From contig OX597825.1 in the NCBI GenBank assembly GCA_951406725.2, positions 48,112,001 through 48,176,000 on the forward strand: 64,000 nucleotides of DNA. Reading direction: 5' to 3'. The position numbers and the translations under genes are program-made. The stretch is from Octopus vulgaris. Lineage: Eukaryota. The notes beneath the pieces are model-generated. The model was given only the letters and a program-made list of their open reading frames with translations. It was not told where the DNA came from and searched no databases. Every line of letters begins with the position of its first letter. Within the stretch, counting starts at the first letter, position 1. Positions 1 to 12,169 of the stretch are shown piece after piece.

Positions 1-648
1 ATATAGACAGTAACTGCTCCATAACATAAGGGACTAAAGCCATCTGAATATGGCTAGGGACAGGGCAGGGTGGTGGGGGTGTTACTGTTGCATTTAGCCC
101 CAGGCGAACATCAACGTCGCCAGATAGGCTTGACACCATCACGGCGTCCTCGACGTTGATGTTCGCCTGGGGCTAAATGCAACAGTAACACCCCCACCAC
201 CCGACCCTGTCCCTAGCCATATTCAGATGGCTTTAGTCCCTTATGTTATGGAGCAGTTACTGTCTATATCTCATTTAGAGAATTATTATTGCTGTCGAAC
301 AGATTTTCGAAATCAGCAAATGTATTTTGCTTGAAAATCTATATATAAATATCCTGCAGAGTGAGTTTTTCGTCGAGGAAGCGGTGCCTACCACACGTTG
401 ATAATAGGCAAACACCTTGAAACCTAGGTCCGTGTGTGGTTTCCGCTTCATCGGGGAATTATCTCCCTTTGCAGGAAAGAGGACGCCGTGATGGTGTCAA
501 GCCTATCTGGCGACGTTGATGTTCGCCTGGGGCTAAATGCAACAGTAACACCCCCACCACCCTGCCCTGTCCCTAGCCATATTCAGATGGCTTTAGTCCC
601 TTATGTTATGGAGCAGTTACTGTCTATATCTCATTTAGAGAATTATTA
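1..648 (+). repeat. ~360-bp tandem repeat array (retrozyme-like) with inverted 5' segment
   Basis: CGACGTTGATGTTCGCC recurs at 151 and 511 (360-bp period). 1-119 is the reverse complement of 151-269. Array ends in (TA)n. Same family at 61303-61945. Confidence 0.9.
378..449 (+). ncRNA. type I minimal hammerhead ribozyme, variant core UUGAUAA
   Basis: Stem I CACACG(392-397)/CGTGTG(431-436), extended by GAAGCGG/CCGCTTC. Core TTGATAA 398-404; stem II AGG-CAAACA-CCT; GAAA 419-422; palindromic stem III ACCTAGGT; GUC with predicted cleavage after 430. Confidence 0.7.
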
Positions 649-689
649 TATATATATATATATATATATAAAAAAAATAATTATGATTC

Positions 690-1090
690 AGTAGAATTTA
701 GTACTTAAGTTAAAGTACCAAGTCACTCCGTTATTACCCGCACAGCTCGAAGTCAAAATAAGCAACAGGATGTCAATTAGTAATGCAGTACGACCGTTTC
801 AAGCGGATCCATTTAATTGAACAATGCAATCATTACATCAATTTAAGATGTTCGATAAATATGGACAAACGAATTAATAACCATTTTTCATCATTTAGAT
901 TCAGACATAAAGCTAATAGCACGTTTTATCTAGTAAGATTTGGGAACTTGAAGATAGCGGGACCAGATTTAGCCTTAAATGCGTTATAATACGGAGAGTG
1001 CAGCCTTATAGAGATATTCGATATGGGTAGGAGCTTTGCTCTATGGAAATTAATGAGATTTTTAAGTATAGAGGCAAGAACAACATGATT
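690..1090 (-). mobile_element. Penelope-like element fragment (RT thumb remnant and terminal sequence)
   Basis: Minus peptide HVVLASILKNLIN...SPYYNAFKAKSG resembles HPPVILRNLVSN...APYYNSALRNSG of the PLE at 46-47 kb. 700-780 resembles 44820-44895. Confidence 0.5.
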
Positions 1091-1139
1091 GATATATATA
1101 GACATACACATACATATATATAGACACACACACACATAT

Positions 1140-1720
1140 CATAATAGCGTTAATCGAGTAAAATCTCAGATCGAAATAGAACAAAGATAACTTTATCTGA
1201 AAGAGTAAATAGTATTAAAGAACTCGGCGGGAATAAATTTGATTTAACCTTGAATGATCAAATTAAAACTAAATCAGAGAAATATAAAAAACTATCTTTA
1301 CAATTGATCTAAGCGGGAACCCTGTGATGTGAGAAATAAGTGTAAGACTAAAAATGTAATATATAGATGTATAGTTATGAGTGTAATGATTGTAATGTAT
1401 ACCTTTACATCGGTACGATACCATTAATTTTGAAGAAGAGCCTGACAAATTATTTGAGTTCATTTAGAGATAAAAATAAAAGATTCCAAACAGGTCTTAG
1501 TAGATTAATCCACTCGATTGAAGACAGAAACAAAGACTATACTATCAATTGAGAATTAATTTGCATTGCAAAACCATACATACCCGAAACTAAAAAATGT
1601 GACTTTTACCGAATTTTTAGCACTTAAGGGTAATATACTAAATTCTAGTCAGGAGCAAAATTTGAGATGCTTGCACCTGACGATATTTACGTTTGGCCAG
1701 TATAAATGGATAATAAACAT
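1140..1720 (+). pseudogene. degenerate Penelope-like GIY-YIG endonuclease
   Basis: Frameshifted motifs CDVRNKCKTKNVIYRC, YIGT, SSFRDKNKRFQTGLS, AKPYIPETKKC. Confidence 0.6.
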
Positions 1721-2559
1721 TTAAACAACAAAATGTTTTGAAGTAACGAACTATAAGTGATTATCCGATCAAAACTTGAATTGAAGATAATTGGCGTCTA
1801 ACTTAACGGACAACTCTACATTATAGAACGCAGAGTAGATAAACGAAAAACTTTAAACAGTAAAAAAAAAAAAAAAATATTAAGTAAAGATATTGAAGAA
1901 TCTGCACCAGTATTATAGTATAGTTGCAATTGAAACGGTTACGAATCGGTGCAATTGAAACATGAATAGATCTATGCAAAACTGTATATTTATGAAAAAC
2001 ATTAAAGGTAAAGCTATGCCAATTCGTAATAATCCTTCTTATTATTATTGTTGATATATGTATCAAAATAAGTAACAGGATATCAAGTAGTGAAACGACC
2101 TTTTCCAGCGGCTCCATTTAATTGGACAATGCAATCATTACATCAATTTAAATGTAGTGCCATCATCAGCTGCACAAATAAATAGAATGTTTACTAGTTG
2201 GACATATTAATATAATTTTTCTCAAATACTTTAACAAAGCAAGAAGATGGAAGAAATTCATGATGTCGCTATTGTAGCTAAGAATATACTACACTTCTAA
2301 GAATCGCATGAAGCCCATTAGGGTCATGGCTAGTAAAGGATTGTGATTCATTTCTAATTCATTTATCTCTTTATCAACTACTAAATTTAAAACTGTGTCT
2401 GTTTAGAATGAAGGGGAAGAGTGGACAGCTCTTTATAGACAGTTACTCTATATCCAGCTGACTACTAATGTCTTCTTTCCTCCCTGAGGAAAAGTGATAC
2501 ATATGACAATCCAGTTACAAATGTCGTGATCCAGGATGCTGACCACTTGATCAACGATG

Positions 2560-2920
2560 TATGATTAAATCTATTATATATGAGGCAGAAGTTACTGCAA
2601 ACCTACATAATAATGCAACTGAAAAGAAGACCTATATTGGATTATGTGAAGGTGAATTTAAAAGTATGCCAATCACATAGTTTCCTTCCGACATAGGGAC
2701 AAAAGTAAAGCTACTAAGTTGGCTAGCTACGTATGGACTTTGAAAGATAACGAAACACCGAATGTGATTAAATGGAAAGTAATTGTGAAATCCATATCTT
2801 GTGTGAATGAATCGAATAAATTTGGACTTTCTTTGGCTGAAAGGGCGCAGATCCTGTTCAGATCTAAGATCCCTAACTCTCTATTGAACTCCAGGTCAGA
2901 AATTTTCAGTGGTTGCATGC
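2560..2920 (+). pseudogene. degenerate Penelope-like GIY-YIG endonuclease
   Basis: SIIYEAEV...KKTYIGLCEGEFK...TKLASYVWTLKD...IKWKVI...LLNSRSEIFSGC, typical of the PLE C-terminus. Confidence 0.75.
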
Positions 2921-2924
2921 AGAT

Positions 2925-3420
<496 letters not shown>

Positions 3421-3708
3421 GCCTATTTATAAATATGTATAAATATATGTGTATAAATATATTTTGAGGAATTGGAAAATTCTGCCTATTCCTGACTGAC
3501 TTGATATCTTTCCAACATTATCATATAAGGTCTAAAGAGAATAGCTCCTTTACGTTTTTACTTTTTATGTTTTAAATTTTAGTTTTTGTTTTCGTTTTCC
3601 GTTTTAAATTTTTTGTTGTTTACTTTCTGTGTTTTCTATATGCTACTTTCTCAGTTTTTTTCGCGTTTCTTCTATTTTTTCTAGTTCGTTATGACAGGCG
3701 GTTTGCAA

Positions 3709-3753
3709 CTGAAGAATATATTTGAGTTTTCTCAACATATGAAACTATAAGTA
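3709..3753 (+). ncRNA. hammerhead-like motif downstream of the PLE endonuclease relic
   Basis: CTGAAGA 3709-3715, hairpin ATAT..TTGAG-TTTT-CTCAA..ATAT, GAAA 3741-3744, CTATAAG, then TA. Stem I pairing is poor. Confidence 0.4.
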
Positions 3754-4109
3754 GCGCTTTGATACATGTTTTGTGACCTTAAAAAAAATTATATATATCA
3801 TATACTCTTTTACTCTTTTACTCGTTTCAGCCATGTGGCTACAGTCATGCTGGAACACCACCGGAGTCTTTCATATTTCCTCGGTTTGGAATGTTTCACA
3901 TCGCTGCTCCTCTATGTGCATTTGTCCCAGCTGTTGGTCTAGTTGGTGTATAAGGAAGTTTGATTCTGTGACCCTTGTAGTGATGTCGGGTTTATCCATT
4001 TTTGGTGGTAACGTTGGCTTAATGACACACTATAATTTAGTCAGTATGAAAAAGAAGGAAGTTACTGTATCTGCTCATAACAACAAGAGGATAGAATTCA
4101 AGAGACGCT

Positions 4110-4483
4110 TGTAATAAGTCATAACTTTTATTACTAGAGCTAATGCGTTCATATACAAGGTTAATAAAAGGAAGCTTATAACATTACACGAATATGTTCT
4201 GTTTGCAGTCACATGTCTCCAAGTAAGAAAAGCGAACGAGTGCGCGAGTGGGCGTGAAGTACGGTAGCTTGATCCAGTATGTGTTGAAGAACCAGCAGGT
4301 ACTGAATGGCGCGAATTTAGAATTTCTTTCCTTATATAAGGGATGGACTGGAAGTCCCCGACTTGCACGTAAAACCGGAAGATTCCAGAAGAATCTCTAA
4401 CATTCTAGAAGCTCGAGGGAGATTACTCTCGTTACATCCCTTTTCCGTTTTGCTAATCGTCGTAACCGCCAAAGGACACTACA
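4110..4483 (-). mobile_element. probable solo LTR
   Basis: Minus strand TGTAG...TTACA termini, TATATAA box, AATAAA near the 3' end. No TSD recognised. Confidence 0.4.
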
Positions 4484-4489
4484 CCTTCA

Positions 4490-5185
4490 TCTGCACCTCG
4501 TGTCGGGCTGTTGGTTCATCCGGTATTGAGAATAGGAAGATATCTAGTTCCTTTTTTGGAGACACATGCTTCCACCTTACGCAGATTTCTTAATTTTTGT
4601 CGTAGGGCACCGAAGAGCTGTAGGCTTTTGACCCCTAGACTATTGCAGTACCTGATCCTCAATTTAAAAGGAGTGGATGGTACCTTTGATACGATATAAT
4701 GGGGGCCGGTTCTGGCATTTGTAAAACATTCAATGCCGAAATTAGGTGCTAGCCCTTCTAGAGTTTTCCAAATGTAGATTATTACATATCTGTAGCACTT
4801 TGGCTCCAGGAAGTAAAGCTGCAGTTTTCTCAGCCTATCCCTGTAGCTCATCCGCTGCACTGTTCCGATCTTTTTATTGTAGTGGCGATGGACTGCTTCA
4901 AGCTCCGCTGTTAGTTTGGCACTATGTGGTGGTCATAACGGGAAACAGTAATCCAGGCGGCTAATGACAAAGGTTCTTCACAGAGTCAACATAGTTTCTT
5001 GGTCTCTTGTCTTGAAGGACTTCAGTATCTATCCTGCCAGCTGTCTGCAATTTGCTGCCATCTTGGTAATGTGCATATAAAATGATGTATCATTGCACAT
5101 ACTGATCACCAAGTCTTTCACTGCCTGTGGCTCTGGGATTGTAGTGCCTTCGTGTCCTGCATATGCACGCTGCAGTGCATTCGTG
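4490..5185 (-). mobile_element. CR1-like LINE 3' RT remnant
   Basis: VKDLVISM, MSYRDRLRKLQLYFLE...YVIIYIWKTLEGL and PDEP motifs typical of the CR1 ORF2 end. Confidence 0.7.
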
Positions 5186-5259
5186 AGTCGATAGATACAT
5201 ATATATATGAAGTAGTCCTTGAACCTTATTTTGGGTTTATGTGCTGGCATCCTACTATC

Positions 5260-5610
5260 TTCCTACTTACCATACAAAAATTGCTTAAGAAGTCTTGCAT
5301 CTTCATTATCACCAGATGTTCACCCCACCTCAAACGACTTGGCAGAATCATCGATTCTCCACTCTTACTACCATTTCTCTCAAGTACCTCCACATCACTG
5401 ATCGCTGTTCTCCAATTTATCTCCTAAAACGATACTGATGATATCGTTCCAAATGCCTTAAATGCCTACAATAAACATCCCACGTCTCCCGACCATAGAG
5501 TAATGATGGCAGAACACATCTGCTATAAACCCTAACTTTAGTCTTGGTAGATATACTATGGCGTGACCAGAGACGCTTGTCAAGCCCACTTGCTGATTCT
5601 TTACGAAAGT
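5260..5610 (-). mobile_element. RTE-clade LINE fragment
   Basis: RLWSRHSISTKTKVRVYSRCVLPSLLYGRETW...LERYHQ, then RLRWGEHL, characteristic of the RTE C-terminal region. Confidence 0.8.
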
Positions 5611-5619
5611 TCATTATCC

Positions 5620-5856
5620 TAAATAAATGAATTTGGTTACAACTTCCAACCTTGAATGTCCGGCAATCGCCATGATAGATCGCTAGTCACTAAACCTCTT
5701 TTATTTTCTCTCCCTGTTTATTTCTGTATTTCTTTCTGTCGAAGAGCGTAGGCTCGAAACATAAAATACTTTCTCACTTCCCGAGCGTTAAACTAGTATA
5801 TCTGTTTGTTGTTTACACACTCACCTTCGTCTTTTGTTTTTCAACAAATTCTCACT
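5620..5856 (+). repeat. PLE-terminal-like dispersed repeat with degenerate hammerhead motif
   Basis: CTGTCGA-AGAGCGTAGGCTC-GAAAC at 5736-5760. Related copies at ~41120 and ~63955. Ends in (TA)n. Confidence 0.55.
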
Positions 5857-5888
5857 ATACATATATATACATATATATCTGTATATAT

Positions 5889-6872
5889 TGTTGTGAATGG
5901 TCAGGGACACCTCTATGACCTACTTTTCTTAGGGAGGAGTCTGGAAGTATGGAATAAAAAGTTATAGCCCTTTGTTTTGGGAAGAGTAATGGCCTTTGGA
6001 AGGACCTTTGGCCTTGTGCCGGTCGAGAAGGGGTCAGAGAGATGCGAGGAAGAAGAAAGTAGTGAGGAAGACAGATTAAGGAATCTGAGAGCTGTCGTGA
6101 GAGAGTGACAGCAACAGCGTCGATGAATATAGGCACATAGGACCAAGCGGCGATAGAGAGAATATTAGAGCAGAGAGAGATTGAGGGTAGTGACAGAGCA
6201 AGAGGATTTGGCAGTCGGTATTTGGTCGTCAAAGCGAGCGGTTGGATTTTAGGAGCGAGGATTTGGGAATTCGGGGCAAGAGTTTGGCAAGTTGGAGTTA
6301 GCAGCACTGAGAGAGATGAGGTGCAATATGGGACGCTGGCTATTCTAGTAGGAACTAAAGGTACGTGAATTGTGTATTGATATGTGAAGAAAAAGAAGGA
6401 AAAAGAATCGATGTATTGAACAGTGAAAAGAAATGAGACAGTAAAAAGGAATTTAATGAACAATGTGAACTGTTGTGAATTGAACATTGATTTGTAACGT
6501 GAACTTATTTGTCTACGAACATTGTTTATGCCTTTAATGTGATTTGAAACAGAACTGTGTCTCCGGACTGTTATATTGTATCTGCATGTTTAAATGCTTT
6601 GATCTGTGGTATACCTGTATGATGTATTGAGTTGTTATTTGCATGTCCTCTTTTAAATGTATCTGAAATGTAATTGATGTTGTAACAATTGATTGTCATA
6701 TAAACTAGTTGTTAAATGTAAGCCAATTGCCTTGCCTCTTTGTGTCTCTCTCGATTGCCTCCGCTGTATCTCTGTGCTGCTGCTGCTGTTGTTGTTGTAT
6801 CTATCTCTCCTCTCCGAGTTTCCGTGGTGAACATTCGCTGATCGACCGAGCGACGGCAGGTGGTCCGTAACA
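5889..6872. mobile_element. solo LTR (Gypsy-like), 984 bp
   Basis: TGTT...AACA termini flanked by a 4-bp TSD ATAT (5885-5888 and 6873-6876). Confidence 0.75.
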
Positions 6873-7136
6873 ATATATAAGGCAGGATGTGTATGCGTGT
6901 GTGTGTGTACGTGAATGTAGTTTATGCACATCTACAAATTAGTACGCATGTCGCTCAAATTTTAGGAGGACATTCGTCACGATCCTAGCTGTATTTTCGT
7001 CAAATTATTTTCCCCCGAAGCACCCACGAATAGCGGTGAATAATTTTGATCCATTACCTCTAACAATTTTCATAGCGAAGGAATATACCATTGTTTACAA
7101 ACCAAACATGAGTAAGTCCCCTTCTAGTGACGATGT

Positions 7137-7195
<59 letters not shown>

Positions 7196-7429
7196 GAGAG
7201 ATAACAGATTTTTAAAATTTTGTCTTTTTTCCGAGTGATTAACAGGCAAAAATAGTTATGTATGTATGTATGTATGTATGTATGTATGTATGTATGTATG
7301 TATGTATGTGTGTATGTATGTATGTATGTGTGAATGCCTTCAGTCACACACACACGCACACACGAGCATGTATGCAATGTGTGTGTGTGTATGTGTGTGT
7401 GTGTGTGTGTGTGTTTGGGTGTGTTGCCC

Positions 7430-7478
<49 letters not shown>

Positions 7479-7539
7479 ATATAAACGATATTCTTTATTT
7501 CTCAACAATTAATTTCCAAATTATCTGAACCCATTGCTC

Positions 7540-8164
7540 TACTCATAGCGATATATAGCTGGTCGTGCGTGAACTTGGGAGAGAGCAGAAGTTACCAGAG
7601 CAAAAGACTTACGTGTTGACTGTAGACACGCTCCTTCGCAAACGATCAGCTATTATTTTGAAAACAACGTTTCGAAAGTGTTCATGCTTTCGAAAGGAGA
7701 GATCTGACTCTCACATCTCTGTGGGAGAAGGTATCTCTCTCCATTCCACCTACAAAACTTAACTCTGGATGTTTACAAATTTGCATTTTGTAAACAATGT
7801 TTCGAAACTGTCCATATTTACGAAAGGAGAGATCTGACTCTTTTCAACCACAACGTCTACGAGTTTTGATGTATCTTATTCAAACTTGATGCCAGCATTA
7901 CTTAGGACTCACGGGATCTTTGAATGCTTTAAGTTCTCCACAAACGAAAAAAAAAAAGCAATCGATGCTGGAAAAAATCGATAAACCGATTCCTTATGGG
8001 ATTTCCCAATCAAATTGTCTGCAAAATTTCAGCCAAACGTTTACCAGTTTCAACGGATTTCACTCAAATTTGACGTCAATGTTACTTAGTTTACATTGAA
8101 ATAAAGAGCTTCATTGGTTTAATAATCCTAACTTAATCCCGAGCAAAGCCGGGCTATACTGGTA

Positions 8165-8165
<1 letters not shown>
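7540..8165 (+). mobile_element. non-autonomous Helitron-like element (5' boundary uncertain)
   Basis: 3' hairpin CCCGAGCAAAGCCGGG followed by ...GGTAG, similar to the 37405-37432 terminus. Internal ~50-bp duplication (7660/7790). Confidence 0.5.
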
Positions 8166-8210
<45 letters not shown>

Positions 8211-8579
8211 TGATTACTTCTAAATGTTGCTTACCAAAGTGAGTATGCTTCCCTTGTGAGGTCTTAATAAGACTGAAATATGTCCATTACTTTATTACTT
8301 TTGCCTGTTGACTTGGAAGAGTAGATTCCCTCCAATTTCTTTGTCTATATTTTCCAAACTTTACATTAACTGATATTTGGGGAGTTATTTCCCTCATTTA
8401 CAGCTGTTGTATTTTATACACCTCTAGCGGGGGCTCTGTCTTCGAATTTCAAGGACAATCTCCGTTAATGCAAGTTTCTAACGTATGTCCCTCTACCGTA
8501 TTTTTTAACGTGCCTTAGTGTGTGTGTGTGTGTGTGCAAGCGTGTGTGTGCGTGTGTGTGTGTGTGCGCGAATTATATT

Positions 8580-8780
8580 TTATTTGTTTCAGTCTTTGAA
8601 CTGCGACCATCTTGGGGCTACGCCTTGAAATGTTTGGTCGAATAAATCGATCTCAAATACTTGTTTCTAAGTTTGGTGCTTACTCTGTCGGTCTCTTTCC
8701 TGAATCGCTGCATGGAGACGTATGCAAGCTAACATCGGTCGTCAAGCGGTGGCGGGGGAGAAACAGAAATATACCGACAT
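8580..8780 (-). mobile_element. SINE fragment
   Basis: Homologous to 2925-3100 and 48840-49040. Confidence 0.65.
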
Positions 8781-9479
8781 AAACACATACGTATGCATGT
8801 ATGCATGTAGGTATATATGTGTTTGTGTGTGTGTCTGTGTGTGTGTCTGTGTGTGTGTGTGTGTGTGCATGCGTGTGTGTGTGTGTGTGTGTGCATGCGT
8901 GTGTGTGTGTAGATTGACATACACACACACGCGCGCGCATATGGTTGTGAGAATCCCCGTCGATATTGGTTGTCGTTACTCCTTGACCTCAGATCAGTCA
9001 TGATCCAACAAACCTACGATGAAAGACGTTCCAGAAGCGAGCATTCGGTCGGTTCTATCTGTGTCTTTCCTTTTTAAAGAAAATTATGCAATAATTGAGG
9101 GAGTTAGATTGTTATTTCTAACTGATTGAGCAACCACAGGGATTTTCTCGTTGGCTTGGAGTTTTTATTGTTTAGCCCTTGCTCAATCTTGATCCAGGGG
9201 ACCTATGATCAACGATATACCATTCGTGACCATCCCACCTTTTTAGGTATGTGAAGAACCTATCTAATACGTCCTTTTGTAAGTGTATGATTTGGTAGAG
9301 ATTTGGCTGCAATTTCTAGCAGTGAGAATAAGCAGCCAAACATACGCGCCCGCATTTGTGTGCGTGTGTGCGTACGAGTCTGTGTGTGCGCGAGCGAGCG
9401 AGAGAGAGAGAGGGAGAGAGAGAGAGAGAAAGAGAGAAAAGGAAAGAGAGGGAAGAGACAATGTGAGAGGAAAGTGGAA

Positions 9480-9593
9480 AGAGAGAGAGAGAGAAGTATC
9501 GAGCGAAAATTCCTATATTTGAAGATGTCAGCGAAAAACGAGGCCAGACTGCTACAGAGTGCAAATATTGAGAATTGAACCGCCATCGCCATA
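9480..9593 (+). other. candidate 5' exon of a host gene
   Basis: Apparently unique CpG-containing island between GA and GT microsatellites, ending at a GTAAGG donor-like site (9594). Confidence 0.25.
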
Positions 9594-9880
9594 GTAAGGT
9601 GTAGCATCAGCTCAGCTTCGAAATAATAATAATAATAAACACATGGCTGAGGGGCGTGTGGGAGGGAAAGTAAAGGAAACGTGTGGGCTGTTTTGGTGAA
9701 CGCGTCTATTTATGTGTGTACGTGTGTGTGTGTGTGTGGGGGGGGGCGTCCCGAAGACAAAATACACCTTAAATTATCAGATGTAAAATTCTTGCACAAC
9801 ATACGTGTATCGACTTAGACTGGCAGTTACGTCTTCTTCTTCTTCTTCTTCTTCTTCTTCTTCTTCTTCTTCTTCTTCTT

Positions 9881-9921
<41 letters not shown>

Positions 9922-10305
9922 GCGCACCGACACAAAACACATTAAATGTCTGCTAGAAATAGCAACGAAATTTCCTTCAACTCGCACCTTTGAGAAGAAC
10001 ATTGTTCTTGATATACCTCCAAAGACGGGATGATCACGAATGGAATATTGTTGATCACTAATGTGTAAAGGTCGCGAGAAAAACCATGAGGGTTTCGACC
10101 TGCAAGAAATATCAACTAAATTCCCTCAATTGTTTCTTCCATGGCTATCTCAAAAAAGAAAGGAGACAGATACACCGAACAGAATTGTCACGGCTGGAAC
10201 GCCACCCATCATGGTTTTTTTTTTTTTTATCTTAAGTGAGGTTAAATGACAGCTACATCTACCACAACCGCCACTACCATCAAAACTACTACTACTACTA
10301 CAAAC

Positions 10306-10337
<32 letters not shown>

Positions 10338-10511
10338 CACTGTTACAACGAAAGCCACTAATTGGTTTTGTTGATGTGGTTGATGGTGCTGGTGGTGGTG
10401 GTAATTTTTCAACAAAAATTCAGAGAAAGGAAGAGAGAATGAGAGAAATGGGGGGGGGACCTCCCACACAGACATACAGGGACACAGACCTCACACATAG
10501 GCACACACACA

Positions 10512-10562
<51 letters not shown>

Positions 10563-11223
10563 TATGCACACGCACACACACACACACACACACAGAGAAA
10601 TATACACACTCACACATATTCACGTTAGAAGTAGCAGCACAAAACAGCTTTTGTCTGCTGCTATGCTGCTGCTGATAATGATGATATTGGTGGAGGGCAG
10701 GTTAGGAGTAGAGGCGGTGTGTAATGTTTGCACTTTGTGAACTGGGTCAGTCAGGCACGTGTTTGGAAATCCTAACTCAAGGCCACTCACGTCACACGCA
10801 TTACAGACAGTTACAAACACCGTACACACACACACTCACACCAACAGATATATACTTACAGTTACATATTCACATACACGTACACACACACATACACATA
10901 CACACATGCACATATTTAAAATATGAATATCTATGACACACAGGCGTGTGCTCAGAAATACACAAATTTTAATAGACACATACGCAGCTAAATCTGGTTC
11001 ATGAAGGAGGAGACCTGTTCTATACAAGGAACGTGTGTGTGTGTGTGTGTATCTGTGTGTTCGTGTCGACTTGTGTATATCTGTTTGTGTCTATATAACT
11101 GTGGGGCTGATTGTATCTGTGTGTGTATTTAAGTTTGTGTATGTGTGTGTTTGCTTAATTGTGTGTGTTTGTGTGTGTGCTAGAATCCCTCATACCTTAT
11201 TGCTCTCTTCTGTCTTTCTGCAG

Positions 11224-11239
11224 TGTTGCAATGGAAGAA
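11224..11239 (+). other. candidate 16-nt microexon containing ATG (M-E-E)
   Basis: Branch-like CTCAT, polypyrimidine tract CTCTCTTCTGTCTTTCTGCAG, exon TGTTGCAATGGAAGAA, donor GTAAGG at 11240. Confidence 0.35.
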
Positions 11240-11634
11240 GTAAGGAGCACTCTCTTTTCCCTCCTCCTCTTCTCTCTCTCTCTCTCTCTCTCTCTTCTTC
11301 CCCCACCCTCCTTTTCTCTGTTTCTTCCTTCTTATTCAACCCATTAATCCCACCCACGACTCTTGCTCTTTGACTGGACGGCAATTTTACCCTTTGCTGT
11401 CCTTGAAGCAAATAAGCGTTTCTAAAGTAAGCACTAGGCTAGAAATGAGGCGGAGTGAAGGAAAATTGCTTATGTTGGATCCAGTACTTGACTGGCGTTA
11501 CTTCATGTAGCCTGGAGGAATGACAAGCAAACTTGACTTCGGCGAAATTTGAACGTAGAACCTAAAGAACCGAATAAATTCCACAAGGTATAGTCTCTGA
11601 CAAGAGACATTAACAACAAAAAGCTAGAAAAAAT

Positions 11635-12051
11635 GGCAGTTTTTTCTAGCGGTGTCATGAAATTGTCACCCATAATTATGACCCTAGAATCGATCTATTG
11701 CATTTCAATCTATTTTAGATTTAGGGTTAGCTAGGGTTAGGGTTAGGGTTAGGGGTGGGAGAAGGGTATCTTTTTTTCTTCACAAATGTAAATAAACCCA
11801 ATCTGTTTCTTAAAAGAGGGACATATTCATACGGCACAGAATGCTTTCACCTCAATAGACGGTCATTGATTGGTTAAAATTGCCGAAATGCAAGAAATTA
11901 AAGACGAAATATGTTACCAACTACAGAATTTTCTCAAGAAAGCCAAGAGAAAATAATGTTTTATAAACACATTCTACAAGTATACGAAGTCTAAAATTTT
12001 TTAGTTACCTAGAAATTATATTAAAAACTGCCGTTCAGACCGAAAAGATCC
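11635..12051. mobile_element. MITE/Helentron-like element with internal (TTAGGG)n
   Basis: Inverted GGCAGTTTT (11636) / AAAACTGCC (12023). Telomere-type repeats at 11722-11755. Confidence 0.55.
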
Positions 12052-12072
12052 TTACTACTACAACTACTACTA

Positions 12073-12117
<45 letters not shown>

Positions 12118-12169
12118 TTACTACTACTACTTCTACTACTACTACTTTATAATAATAATAATAATAATT

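Noticed and set aside
434-694. Small ORFs in the ribozyme repeat (also 61418-61618 and 61774-62040)
   Set aside because: Frames shift between copies and run into (TA)n; conservation fits RNA structure rather than protein.
11722-11755. True telomere or chromosome fusion site
   Set aside because: Only a few units, inside a small mobile element.
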